64,000 bases of DNA from Trichosphaerium sp. ATCC 40318. Taxonomy: Eukaryota; Protista; Tubulinea. Under the pieces are notes generated by a model, which was given only the letters and a program-made list of their open reading frames with translations, made no database searches and was not told the DNA's origin. Where the stretch lies: assembly GCA_038496445.1 (NCBI GenBank), contig JALMLS010000556.1:1-64000 (forward strand), given 5' to 3'. Below, piece after piece: positions 1 to 13,429 of the stretch; position 1 is the stretch's first letter, and every line of letters begins with the position of its first letter. The translations under genes were made by a program, and so were the position numbers.

Positions 1-3000
1 TTTACTTTAAGTTTTCCAATCTGGCACAGCTTCATTAGCTTCTATAACAGAACAAATACCTCAATTGAAGAGTCTATTGATAATACGCTTAAAATTGTTA
101 CAACTTCAGTTGACTTTATTCGATTTTCTAAGATGACCAAGCGATATTCAAACTCCCTTCAACGTTGTTGCTGTACTTGAAAAAGTCATAGAGGGTAAAA
201 TTGATAAGAAGAATATTGATTTATTCTATACAATTGATAATGACGTACCTACAACATTACTTGGAAGTGCAAGTCATACAACATTCTATCTCAACTTATT
301 GATAATGCATTAACATTCACACATCACGGAAAAGTATGGATTAGAGTTAAAATGAGAGACAGTAGTTTTGTAGAGTTTCATGTACGTGATACTGGAACTG
401 GTATTAATAAGGCACATCACGATCAGATATTTCATCAGTTCTTTACGACAAGGGAGCCTGGATGCGGTATAGTTTTTTCTTGGTCAATTTTCCTATTTTT
501 TTCTTACTTACACTGATAGGTGTTGGTCTTGGTTTGGCTACTTGTAGATCAGTTTCTCGTCTTTTTAAGAATGGTTCAGTAGCACTATTAAAGTCTACGC
601 ATACTCTCGCTCAAGAAAATACAGACAGCAAGCTTGGATCTCATTTTTGCTTTTCGTAAGTTTATTTTCAAAACACTTATATCTAAATAACACCATATTT
701 TTTAGCGCTCAGTATACTTTTAAATCTCCAGTAGAGACTTTTGCCGATTGTGCACAATGGAATTCTTTACCAAGTTTACGCGTGTTGGTTGTTCAGAGGT
801 GTGAAGAACTAGGCCAGGAGCTTTGCAATGTTTTGAAACAACTTGGCGCTGCCGAAGCTAATTTTGAAAGTAACCCTGAGTCAGCGTATAAACAACTTGT
901 GGTACGTCATGAAAAATACTGTCCTACAAAGTAAAGTTAATTTTTTCGAGCTAATTAAATTTAGAATGGTTGTGGTGAAGAAGGCGCTCCTTATACTCAT
1001 CTATTGCTTGACATGTTATTAGAAAGTGATGCGTACGTTTGTTCTAAAATTCAAGAACCTTAATGACTTATTATTACCATCACTCTGACCTATTCGTTTA
1101 TCTACTACAGCTGAAAACACGGCCTCTATTCTATTTACTTTAGACTAATAATTTTTTTTAGTAAAAATGTTGTGAATGGTGCAGCGTATGCACGTCGTGT
1201 TAAACTCAATCCAAAATTGAAAAATATAAAGATTGTTTTAACTCCGAATCCAAAGGATGTACCTTCTATGCAACCAGAGCATGTAGATGTTATAGCAGCA
1301 AAACCTATTTCTAGAGATAAATTGAGCTCTTTGATTGGTAAAAAGAATACGCTCTAATCGATGGTACGTTTCTTATTCTTATTTTTTTCCGAGAAAATTT
1401 ATTTATTCGTTTTCAACTGGTATTTCGCAGTTTTTATGACAATTCATCGTATCATATCTACGGCTATATTAGCGTCATGAGAAAAAACTAACATAAGATG
1501 AATCGTTATGTTCAAAAGCGAATGAAGGGTTTTTGTTCACCTGTTATTGAACTTTTGCAGTTTTTCATTGCAAGCAATTATTTATTGTGCTACTGTTTTT
1601 TTATGGTATTGATTTAATTCATTTGCTTAGGCTCTATCAAATCACAAATGTCTTTATCAGTACTTGTTGCTGAAGATAGTCCAACAAATATATTGGTTGC
1701 GTAACTTTGTAACAACAGTGAAAGCATTTTGGTTTTTCTCTTTTTTTTTTTGGCTTTAAAGTTATGTACTTACAAGCAATTAGTACTCACAAAGACGTTG
1801 ACCAATATGGGTCATCAGTACGTTTTATAATAATATATCAAAAGTAACATACTCTGTAGATCCCATTGTGTGAAGGACGGTAAAGAAGTTCTTGATGAAT
1901 ATAAAAAAAATCACTCAAAATATCATATTGTTCTTATGGATTGCCTCATGCCTGTGATGGATGGATGGGAAGCTACTCAAAAGATAAGAGAATGGGAGAA
2001 AAGTCAAGGATTAGAACATAAGCCAATAGTCGCATTATCAGCTGCTTCTGATCCTGAAGACATTGAAAGAGCTAATGAAGTTGGTATGGACCATTTTCTT
2101 ATAAAGCCAGCAAAAAAACTTGAGCTGGAGAACTTATTCGCAACTGTTATTGGAAACTATAAAGAAAAGAAAGATGCAGATGTATCTGTAAAAGAAGGCC
2201 CTCTATGTAAAGTTCTATGGGCTGATTCTAATACTGTCAGGTAGCGATCTTTTATCATAAGTTGTTTTATGAAAAATAGTTCCCTTTGTTCCTTTCAAAC
2301 GTCTTTACTTCTCTTATCTGATATCAAATATTTGCGTGCTAAATACTTCTTTTAATAGCTTTAAATTGGTGTAATGATGTTACCTAACTTTGAGTTTGAT
2401 TATGCAGAATCTGGAACAGAAGTAAGTTGTTTACAGATATCTTACAGTGCAGTTTCTAACCTTTTATAGTTGGTGAATACAGTAAAAGCACGATACAACC
2501 ATTATGATGTCATTGTTATCGTAAGAACTCTCCTATGTTTAATTATGTTGCCAAAAACTCTAAAACCAGTGACATGGCTTGTCATGCATCCTTTCGTTTT
2601 TTTTTCAAAATGGAAAATTACGCCTTTCAGTATTGGTTTCTCGTTCATATTCCATCCCGCTTTGCTATGCTTGTTGACCTCAATATGGCCCCTTCTAACA
2701 TTTTTTAAAGGCAGAACATATTGCTACTATGACAGGACGTCGATGTCTTGTAGACATTCGTCGCTATGAAAAAGATGAAGGCATGCAATTCCAAAAGCCT
2801 GTCATTGGCTTTGCTACATCGACACACAATGCTGAAATGTGGTACCGATCTGGATGTAAATGTGTCATGGTTAAACCTATTGATTTGCCTCAACTAAAGA
2901 CACACCTCGAGAGTCATATCCACGTATGTCGGACTTGTTTCCCGTCATCAAACCCAAACTTAAGAAAAGTATTTTTTGGTCTTAGCGTTTCTCTTCTTTC

Positions 3001-5192
3001 ACGTTTCTTATGATGTTATTTGCTCATATTTTATACTAGGGAGGCGCTAAACTACCTACCGATAATGTCGTTGTGAGGAGAGTTTATGGTTTGAAGGTAT
3101 TAGTGTTAAGCAATGATGCTGAGTTGGCGAACAAGTTATATCAGGATGTTGTTGATAGAGGACATGAATGTATTATTAGCCGTATAAGAAAACCAAAAGA
3201 GCTCACATACGTCAGTAAAGGGTCTTGTCATAGTGATAGAGACTTAGTACTTTATCATATAAACTTGGACATGAAAGATATTGAGCTTGCTTCACCAACT
3301 GTACGCCAAAACCCAAGTTTCTCTTTTTTCTTCATTAGAAATTCCACGTGTTTAAATTTTTTTTTCGCGCGTAGAGTCCTTGACTGTCTTTGTATTCTAT
3401 AACTCATACTGTGTCTCTTTAGGCAAGACCTATTATAGCTCTATCTTCGAATCCAAGCAAGGAAGAAGAGGAAGCTGCCATTAAACTTGGGTTTGCTGAG
3501 TATGCTGCTATGCCTATTACAAACCAAAAGCTTGAGACTATTCTTCATGAAGTTGAACGTAAACGTGTGCATTCTGTTAATGAGACGCATTTTAAACAAC
3601 CAAGGAACCTATATAAACTTGAGCGTGAGTTCGAGAGTCTAAGACAACTGTTCAGGTACAATATTATCAGTTTTTTACTGTGCTCTTTTTTTTTTTTGCC
3701 ATGCCTCACACCTGTGTTTAGTAAATTCATTCCAATGGAGTATCAGCAACTTATTGCTCCAAGAGGTCTTGATTGTGTTAAGCTAGGAGATTATAGGTTC
3801 GTTTTAGTTCAAAAAATGAATGTTGAACCGTTTGTTTCTTCTTTTTTTTCTCTTTTTTTTTCGAGTTTGTGGAGCTCTACCTATCGCCTAACGTATAGTT
3901 TTGCAATGCAATACAGCAGAAATAACTTGATTTTGATCAGAGATAGGGTTTATACTAATTGTTCGGTTAGGAGACATCGTATTACTGTATTGTTCAGTGA
4001 TATTCGAGATTTTACAACTATGACAGAAGATATGGATCCTAAAGATGTTATTGAATGGATTAATAATTACAACGCCTTTGCTATAGCACCTATTTATCAG
4101 TATGGTGGATTTATAGATAAATTCATTGGAGACTCAATAATGGGTATGTACCAACAAAGTCAAACAGTGTCAACAACAAAAAGTTGGAGCATAATTTTTT
4201 TTTTTCCTTTGCATGCTTACTAACACTCTGCTCTTAGGTGTGTTTGCTAGTGATACAAGAACACAGCAAGAACGGTACAGTGACATTTTTTATTGTTTTG
4301 TTTGTTCAAGTGCATTGGCTGAGACTGTTTAGCGCCTTGTCTGCTGTTAGATGTGCCGTCAAAATGATTGAAAACCTGAATAAAATGTCTGCATCTTTAC
4401 CTACTCTTAAAAGCGAGACTGGTATTGGTGTAAACACCGGAGATGTTATTATTGGTCTTATCGGTACTGATACACGTATGGAGACTACTGCACTTGGAGA
4501 TGCTGTAAATCTTGCATCGCGAACTGAGTCGCTTTGCAAAAAGTAAGTTATCTTCATTTTTTTTTTGGTTTGTAAAAGGCTTACAGCTCCTCATAACCTG
4601 GTTTGTAATTTTCTTGTAGATACAAAGCAAGGATTCTCATTACAGAGAGTACAAAGGCTGATATGGGTGGAAACGCAAATGACTTTGATCTACGTCTTGT
4701 AGACTATGTTTTTGTAAAAGGTAAAAAAAAGCCTTGTAAGATATACGAAGTAATGGATGCTGATCCGTACGTAACCACCCCCAAGCTTACTCAAAATAAT
4801 TCGAAAGCTATAAATACATGTACTAAAACCTACACAGACCTGAAATTAAAGAAAAGAAGCTAGCTATACTCACCAATTTTAACCAAGGTGTCGAAAGTTA
4901 TAAAAACTCACAGTTGGCGAAAGCCAAATCTTGGTTTGAAGTACGTCAATCATACAATGACTCCAGCAAATGCCTTTTTTGAATGTCATATCTTTGTACT
5001 TAAAAACAACCACGTGTTTTTTGTTTTTTAATGTCTTGTCACCAATGCTAATTTTTTTCTTTTTTTTTTTTGTAGAAATGTCTTGAAGTCTACCCTGAAG
5101 ATGAGCCTACAAAAATACTTCTTGAACGTGTTGTTAAAGGTCTAGAAGATCCAACTAATTTCAAATCTGTTACAGCTTTGAATTCGAAATAA
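1..5192 (+). CDS. Hybrid histidine kinase (HATPase_c) - four receiver domains - class III adenylyl cyclase; 5' end lies before the window; multi-exon
   Basis: Spliced translation gives HATPase boxes (QLIDNALTFT, DTGTGI, IFHQF, GVGLGLATC), a canonical REC (VAEDS...LMDCLMPVMDG...ALSA...IKP, ~1630-2140), three further REC-like units, and cyclase motifs FSDIRDFT, DKFIGDS, GIGVNTG, ETTALGDAVNLASR, VKGK. Stop TAA at 5190-5192. Apparent frameshift near 275-285. Confidence 0.85.
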
Positions 5193-5435
5193 TAATACAA
5201 AATGACAGAAGAATCAAGCTATTATACCATGTACTTTAAATGTAATCCAATAAAACAAAAAAAAAATAGCTAATTAAAGAAAAAATACATTAATTAAACA
5301 GTACAACAACATTATCTTAACTAACTAACCTAACCCAATCAAATATATTTTTGACGAAATACAGCAGACTTATCTCAATCTGAGAACCTAATAGTAGGCG
5401 AAAATAATACAGAGTAAACAGGGTAAATTTGGAGC

Positions 5436-6195
5436 TTATTTCTCACAAACAACTTTCAAAGGTGACTTTAACAGTCGGTTACCATCAATCCACATACACT
5501 CTTCCTTAAAAAATCCATTCCTATGCCATAGTCTAGTCTTGCCATGCCGTTTACCATCAGCCCACATGCTGCGTTCCTTAAGTTGTCCGTTATAATACCA
5601 TTTCATTCTTTTACCAAACAGTTTACCATCAACTAAAAAGCATTGTTTCAAAAGTTGTCCACTCTCAAGCCAATATTTGAGTTTGCCATGTCGTTTACCA
5701 TCAATCCACATACACTGCTCCTTAAGTTGTCCATTTTCATGCCATGATTTACACTCACCATGTTTGTTATCATCAATCCACATACACTGGTCCTTAAGTT
5801 GTCCGCTTGCATACCATGTCTTACTCTCACCATGTAGTTTATTATCAATCCACATGCCCTGCTCTTCAAGTTGACCATTTTTATACCATCCCCTAGATTC
5901 ACCATGCTGTTTATCATTAGAAAATGTCCACTGTTCCTTAAGTTGTCCGTTGCATACCATACCATCCCTTAGCTTCTCCATGCTTTTTACCATCAACCCA
6001 CATCCACTGTTGCTTAATTGTTCCACTTTTATACCACTGTATCCATGGTCCTTTCTTTTTTAATGCCTCATTAAAATGTGTATTGATTGCTGCTCTTTTT
6101 GATAGTGTATGAAACTTTGTAAATGCTTCCATGTTGAAAGTACAAATATACTGTTGAAGTTCACGTGGGATATCTAATAAACTCACTGAGTCCAA
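5436..6195 (-). pseudogene. Intronless F-box-like N-terminus + MORN-variant repeat protein, frameshifted
   Basis: N-terminal SLLDIPRELQQYICTF followed by ~24-aa repeats (HGESKTWYASGQLKDQCMWIDxK). Two overlapping ORFs (5938-6195, 5436-6026) are joined by a frameshift at TGGTATGGTATGC (~5950-5966). No in-frame ATG (TTG at 6195, in-frame TAG upstream). Confidence 0.7.
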
Positions 6196-6550
6196 TTTAC
6201 AGTCTACATTTTTATGCTTTGCACTAGACTATAAAAAATTAGCGTGATTACGTATAATCATGAACGAAAGGTTGCTCTGTGCGCTACAAGAAGATTGTTA
6301 CAGAATTCGAAGAAAAAGCTCAAAAAAAACTCCCCAAAATGAGAAGGTTGTCACGAATTTACCCTTACTGGCTAATTACAATAGCATGTAGTGGTTTTGC
6401 GTGTGTTTTACGTACCATATGTACTTAAATTACTAATCACAGTTAAAAAACGTTTGTGAAGTATATACAGTATGTTTCGCAAGGAGGAGAAGCTGTATAT
6501 TGTAATTTAAAATATGTTTATGATTAAGCCAAGCTTGCTTACGGACCCAC

Positions 6551-6794
6551 GTTTTTTCCGAATTTTCCGAAAGAAAAAATTCGAAAAAATAGAATTCGAT
6601 ACAAAAACCGAATGCCTATACCCACCAATGGATCACTATATGTGAGCGAAGGTCGGGTTCTAGTTCCAAGCACAGCGAGGACCCGACCGTAAGTGAACCA
6701 GGCGCTTTCTAGTTTAGTGGACTGCCCTAGCTATGCATCTTTCTACGAATTCTATTTTTTCGAATTTTGGTTTTCGGAAAATTCGGAAAAAAAC
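6551..6794. mobile_element. MITE-like palindromic element, ~48-bp terminal inverted repeats and an internal hairpin
   Basis: 6551-6598 gttttttccgaattttccgaaagaaaaaattcgaaaaaatagaattcg pairs with 6746-6794 with few mismatches. Internal stem ggtcgggttc/ggacccgacc (~6651-6688). No clear TSD. Confidence 0.6.
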
Positions 6795-7409
6795 TATATC
6801 AGTTGTATACACTGTCCTATGTACTAGGAGTTAGTCATGGTATTATTCCGGGTTGCAAAATATGGAAATGAAATCGTGTTTTTTGTTTATGAGTTTACAA
6901 CTTGTTGGCTCCCAGGTTGGTGTCAAGATTAGTATATTGGCACATTACTATAGAAAGTTCTTAAATGATCAGTATAGAATATGGTAGCATTGCGCTTATA
7001 TTGCAAATGTATATGCATACAGCGTGTTGCAGTTTCAAAAGCGGAAGCCATAAATACAAAACATTCCATTTTATGCTGTAGACCTGTAAACAATCTATAC
7101 TCCAATCTATGCTGTAAAGAGGATACCTATCAGTTCTCACAACAGTACAACCTGTAATGTGAAGCTATGATTTTTCGTATTGAACAGTAATGGTGGCCGA
7201 TGCGAGGAGCAAGGGGAACTCATTAAACATTAAAAAAAAAAAAAACCACTATCGCTAATCCAGCATGTTCAATTCCACTACTGCGAGAAGGATTCTTAAG
7301 ATTCCCCTTAAGTTTAATCAAATGTTTATTTGATATTACGTAGCTACATGACACTGATAAGTGTCGTGCTACGAATGTAAGACAGCGCTCTCAGTGTAAT
7401 TGTTATTGG

Positions 7410-7891
7410 CTACATTTCTAAGCCGTGAACCTTAAGCTGGTGTAGTTTAGCGTCATACTGTTGCTGTGTTAAGAAACCAGCCTGAAAGTCTCCCCTGTAG
7501 GCATATTGTGAGCTATAGTTTTAAGGAGCGTAACAAACAGAAAGGCCATTGTAATTAGTTGTATATACGCGTAGAACAATCTTTACGGCGATTTAACGAA
7601 AGATAAAACGGATTGCCTGTTGCTTCGTTTAAAACGTACTGTACGCGATGGAATTGTTGTAAGAGCGCTAGTTGATTCGATTCAACGGCTTTTTGGTCAG
7701 TTTGACGCTTTTCAGTTGTACCTAAGTGAAATTGCGTTACACTACATGTAATCGCCGATTCACATACCATCACGACCTGCTAGCGCATCGTAGTACTCAT
7801 TCTTTTTACGCGCTTCAGCTGCTTTCTTTGCTTGCTGTTGCTTTAACCAATCATCAGCAGGGTTAGCATCTGACTCTCTAGAAACGCTCAT
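7410..7891 (-). CDS. Small hypothetical protein (~95 aa, 3 exons) with SHOCT-like C-terminus
   Basis: ATG 7891. Two GT-AG introns give MSVSRESDANPADDWLKQQQAKK...LLQQFHRVQGDFQAGFLTQQQYDAKLHQLKVHGLEM*. Confidence 0.5.
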
Positions 7892-8058
7892 CTTGTTTTA
7901 GCTCTGAAATTCTAAAAACATTTAAGTCGTGCTAGAAACAAAGTCAGCATTGAAGTGGCCTGGCGTTAGCGCTAATTTGTCCAAAGAAATCTGACTAGTA
8001 TTGACTGCGTGACAACACGGTAGTTATTCTCAGGTACAAATCATTTACCGAATAGCGA

Positions 8059-9523
8059 ATGGATGATACACGCACGTGCGAGAACATAAAACAGAAACCT
8101 GTAAAAAATAAGTACAGTACTACTTTTAAATTATTCTGGTACGTCATTATATCGCTTTCATACGCGTAAACTAATCTATACGAACAGCCTCTTGGTTGTT
8201 TTAAGTCTTTTATACCTTATCATATCACTTCCTTCAACAGCAAGATCATTACGCACATACAAATTCTACGAGGCTGAAAAACAACCTATTGACGTCAAAA
8301 AACCCCCAACGCCTTCTATAGACTATTGCCCACCTTTCCTAAATGACTCTACTCTAAAAAGGGCTAAACTTGTATCTCAGGAACCAGATTTAAGTATTGA
8401 TATTACTGACGCTTTAAACACGTGGGTAGAAAAATATCATTTGCCTGCCATTAAGAATCCTTCATTACCTTCATCAAAATTCTTATTGTATAGTAATACA
8501 CATGCTGGATTTGGTAATAACTTCGAGGCTTTTGTAAGCGCGTTTACCGTTGCTGTTCTTACACAGCGTGCTTTTATTATCAAACCTTATGATCAAGCAC
8601 AGTTTTTTATTGAAGTATGTACTTATATTCAAGGTGAGTTTTTCTCGTCTAACCTCGAAGGTGTTGATTATGATCGAGATTATAAAGCTACAGCTGGTTT
8701 TCTTAATAACACATATGTTACATATCTGCCTTTCACGCAGATAGATTGGCACTGGGTATACTACTGTAACAACGCTGAAGTTGATTTGCTTTCAAAAAAA
8801 GTGATTGGAATGTCAGGAAATCAGTATATTCTACAGGGCATTCTTGCACAGCCAACAATGAGAAAAATATTCTATGACACGTTTGGAACGCATAAAGATG
8901 TGTTCCATCAAATAACAAAAAAGATGTTGGTACCTGTACCTTGGATACAAAAAGACATTGAAGAATTCAAACAAGAATATTTTGAGAAAAATTATGTTAT
9001 AGGGATTCATTTCAGAACAAAAGAACGTGAGATACCAGAAGGATATGAAAAAAGATTTCATAAAGTTGCAAGAGATATTACAGAAAAGATAGAGGATTCT
9101 CTTCCTAAAGGAATGAGAGTAAAGTGGTTTTTAGCTTCAGACTCAAATAAACTAAAACAAAAATGGGAAGAAAGATATCCTGATCATGCCATTACCTTTA
9201 GAAAGGAATACAAACAAAAACATGGAGGCACGTGTTTGCTATGTACATGGCGCGTTCTAACCTTTTTATAAGGTTGTGCTGGAGCCATTGTAGATCTTTA
9301 CTTACTATCTAGTTCAGATACACTTTTACTAACTCTTTGGAGCACATTTGGTTATGCAGCACAAGGGATGGCCGGTAAAATACCTTTTGTTATGTGGGAT
9401 AAATGTCATAGATGGTATAGTGCTTATCCTTGTTACCATGAATGTTTTAATGGATACGACCATGCTGATGGACCTTGCAAAGAGAGATATAATGTCAACG
9501 AAATGTGTTTACCTTGTAGATAA
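8059..9523 (+). CDS. Type II membrane fucosyltransferase (GT37/GT23-like)
   Basis: N-terminal TM, HAGFGNNFEAFVSAF...LTQRAF, VIGIHFR, FLASDS, AIVDLYLLSSSD..WSTFGYAAQG, SAYPCYH. Two introns; stop 9521-9523. Confidence 0.8.
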
Positions 9524-9729
9524 AGTACTCTTCAGTACTATAAGAAAATTATTTAAATAAATCGTATTGAGGTTATCATCGGTTTCGATTTTGTTTCTTT
9601 GGTGGAAGTTTACAAAAAGAAATACCAAGTATCTTTTTGCTTATACGTTCTTACTCTATAAGTATTACTTTCTGATTTCTAGCTTGCACAGCGTTAACAT
9701 TTTCAGAATCTATCACGTGATTTTACAGG

Positions 9730-11200
9730 ATGGTGCTGACCAACGTCCCTAAGAAAACTCATAATTTTATGCTCTTGTACAAACTTTTCTTTTCAGCAAT
9801 CATTTACTTTGCAGTTCTCTGTGGGCGTAAGGTATTCATTACAAAAGTTCTTAGCCCAAATAAAAATGTCCCAGTTTTAAATGAAAGTCAACGTGCTAAT
9901 ATCGAGTTGAAGCCCATCGGTATGTGTAAAAAGATTGAGGTATTTATGGTTACCTGTACTCATCTCTTTATTAATTTTTTAGTCTATCTACAACGCCAAC
10001 TTAGATTTTAACAATAACGCTTTACAGTAGGGGTACGAACGTTGTCTACTAAACCTATTAAACTTATGTGTTAATTAAAAACTGTAACGATTTTTTTAAA
10101 GCTCTAATTTTATCTTTACGACGCGTGACACGTGTTTTTATTCTATTGGTATTCAATTCTAGCCTAATTTTGTTCTAGTTTTGCAAATAGGTAGGAGCAC
10201 CCATCGAAGTATCTTTAACGCAACGCACAAGACACCAACTTTATTTTTGTCAACAGTCGCTAGTACAATAATTTCTTGTTTTAGTGGATGGATTCTTACT
10301 GCCTTGTTATTTATCCTTTTAACAAGTGTATCGTCAGTCAATTTTTAGTTTCCTTGACATCTAATGATAACGGAACTTGGATTTGTTTACTTCCGTTCTG
10401 ACCGTTCATCTTATTCTTTGTCAGGCAGCTACACCTATTCAAGGTATGTCTAAAAAACTGTTAACCAAAAGTCTTTACTTAAGGCTATTGTAGCTGATGC
10501 TGAGTTTGTTTTAAAGTCGAAAGCTCATTTATTGGTACTAGTTTTTTAACTACAAGTTGTGTTCTTATGTCACAACTTCTTGCCTTTTGTATTTTTAGTT
10601 GAACGAACGTCTAAAGTTCGAAAATGGTTTTCAAACTATTCGGATCAATTGGTTTACCCTTACCGGGTAAACTAGGTTTTACCGTTTTCAGGATCAGAAC
10701 AACGGATCCTTACTTTTTAGGTGAACCGTCATGTTAATTCGTTTATAAAGCAAAACAACCTCTTTTTCGATCTTTTTAGTGTGGACGCATTAATAGCCAT
10801 CAGATGAATGTCTTATATTTTATTGTAGGCTATCGAGTTTGGTTTAAATCCTAACAACACGCCCCACAGAAAGCGCAACATAAATAGTTTGCTCTATGAT
10901 ATTTTTTCATGAAACTGAAAAAAATATCAAACACGTGTCAGTGAACTTTCTTACAACTTTGATAGATAAACAGACCACTCCCATCAAAACATTGGCTCTG
11001 CGCAATACGTCATAGTACGTCAAATTCAGAATATACGAAAACACGAATAACGGAAAAATGTATCGGACCTTTAGTAAAAAATATTTGTGACCACAAAGAC
11101 TTCTGCTTTTTTTACAAGTATATTGTAGGTGTACTCACGCGTTTGCTCGTCACTGTCTATTGATAAATTATTGAATGGGTGAATGAAACCGGATTACTTT
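9730..11200 (+). pseudogene. Possible decayed multi-exon gene of unknown function
   Basis: Exon-like blocks bounded by AG/GT (e.g. LNERLKFENGFQTIRINWFTLTG near 10600), but in-frame stops in the candidate exons. No recognisable family. Confidence 0.2.
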
Positions 11201-12338
11201 ATTGTACCGCTATGTGTTGATATACATCAACAGGAATACTAGTTAGTTTTACTTCTCAATATTTTTTGGTTTTTTTCTAGAGTTTTAAACAACACCAACT
11301 ACGCTGAAAATTATAATTTCTTTTCGAAAGGGATGTAGTAGAACCCCTTTTTTATTAAAATTATAAAAATGGCGTTTGAAAATCAGGTTTAACCGCTCCA
11401 AAAAGAAACTTTCCGAAACACACAATCACAAACATCACAAACCTTAGGGTTTAACTTTAGAAACTTATTGGAGGGTTTAGATTTAACAGATTACGCTAAG
11501 GCTATACCAAATATAAAGTACACGTATGGAAAAATCTTGTATGCTTAGCATTGTCGTAGTACACCTAACAATAGCAACTGACGATCGTCTATATATCTCC
11601 GACGGATATTTTTTTAGCCGATTTTACAATCACATATCACTATGGCTTGTATGGTGATAGGGAGAATTAGTTACTCCGTGTACAAGTATTTATTGCCTCT
11701 GTAAGTCTAGGTACGAACGAAATTATAAATTGGAGAAAGTAGGTGCAGCTAACGACAAAAAACCGTCACTTCTCATTTGTGTGGATTTTTTTTTTGTCCA
11801 GTACTTCTTGTAATACCAGAAAATACCGTAACATTAATTTAGGTATTCATACTTCGACTGTATTACGGTTTCAACCCGTTGAACTGAATCACGTTGAACA
11901 TTTCTATTTTAATAGAACAGTGAACTAAAAATTACATTCAAAAAACAAAACACTAGCTGCGATGCACATCAACAGCCATACCAAAAAATTGGTTACAATT
12001 ATATCTACAAGTAGGTTAAATGTACCTAGCCTAAGCTGTTACATGAAGCATTCGACATCTACAATAACTAGAAAAAAAAAGACACCGGAGCAACCACCCA
12101 AGCGCGCTGTACGTTCATTTAAAAATCCGCACTTTTCTGTCTTTTGCGAGAGGTGAAAAAAACTGTTGAGCACATTTTCCTTTGCGCTTGTTTTAGGATT
12201 TTACGCCGCATTTGTGTGTGGTGTAGCCTGCTGAATAAAATAGATATATTCTGTAATACTTTAAGCACGTGTTCACTAAATATTTGTAGTATCCCATAGA
12301 GTTATTCACACTACGTTATGAACCTTCTTTAAACAGGT

Positions 12339-12976
12339 ATTTTGGTACTAATACAAGGCCTATTCTTTTCGCTCTTTGCCTGACTACACACCTTCGAATT
12401 GGCGTAAAACCGACACAAGAATCAAATGTTTTTCTAGTAACGTACGCCAAGTTTGCTTTCTGCAGCCTCAGCATTTTTGTTCAGGGTTGTGCCTGGTAGA
12501 GTAGGGCAACCCTTGGAAACAGCCATACAATTTCACTTTTTTGTAAATACTGCTTTTGCACGTGCTCATTTATGTAGAAATCATGAACAATTCATGCTTG
12601 GAATGTCTCTGTTCACGTCTAGGAAGTTCAAAAAACCGACATGCGAATATAGCACGTATAGGTCACTGGCCAGGTAGGAAGAGAAGTTCATTTTTTATTG
12701 TTGACCGTCTGTTTTTGTTCATTCTTCTTATTCAATTTACTTAGATGGGTGCACATGCTTGATTCACGAAAAAAAGGGCGTCAGTGGAGATATAAAATAA
12801 GATACACCGAGTTAGAAAAATGGTGGGCCGTTAGGGATGAAGTACGAGATGTGTTATCTACACCATTTAATGTTGAATGGATTTGGACTCATAGCGGGCA
12901 ACATTTTAACGTGGAGATTCCTTCATTCGATTTTTACGTCTGCTTAGACTCAGTGATATGGGCGGCATCCTTATAA
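12339..12976 (+). pseudogene. Possible 3' remnant of an unknown gene
   Basis: Protein-like last exon (RWVHMLDSRKKGRQWRYKIRY...) preceded by exon-like blocks containing stops. Confidence 0.2.
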
Positions 12977-13429
12977 CCAAACAGTAATTGTGTACTTCTA
13001 TAAAAAGTTAAAATTAACTATTACACGTGTGAAAGTTTTTCTTGCACATCAGTACATTGCAAAAGTCTACCTTGAACACGCAATATTATAAGCACTCAAT
13101 TTTTTCGCAACCACGTACCACTACTAGTTTACTACATCAAAGCGGCAAATATAATAAAATACCACAAGTCCAGTCAGATTTTGTCATAACATACTTCTGT
13201 GATTTGTAAAGAATTCGTGAATCCTATCTCGAAGTTCTCGCTCCTCTTTCTTAAACGCTTGTTGTAGAGTCTTGTAACAAGTTCACAAACAGATTTAACT
13301 CCCAAGCGTTACAACATCTCGTCACATTACTAGTAGTGCTGTACGCTGAATATTGAAGTATTAAAACGGATAACCGAAACACATTTCATTTGATTTCACC
13401 AAGGGAAGTACTATGTTGTTTGATAGAAC

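Noticed and set aside
100-300. Frameshifts at the start of the kinase gene as pseudogenisation or programmed frameshifting
   Set aside because: They are confined to the first 300 bp while the remaining ~5 kb is intact, so sequence error is more likely.
5436-6026. YwqK-type antitoxin / toxin-antitoxin system
   Set aside because: That label follows from generic MORN-variant repeats; there is no partner toxin and the context is eukaryotic.
6640-6700. tRNA/SINE B-box-like GGTTCTAGTTCC
   Set aside because: Spacing deviates from the consensus and no cloverleaf or A-box could be built.
11440-11485. Telomere-like TTAGGG/GGGTTT words
   Set aside because: Isolated words, not a tandem array.
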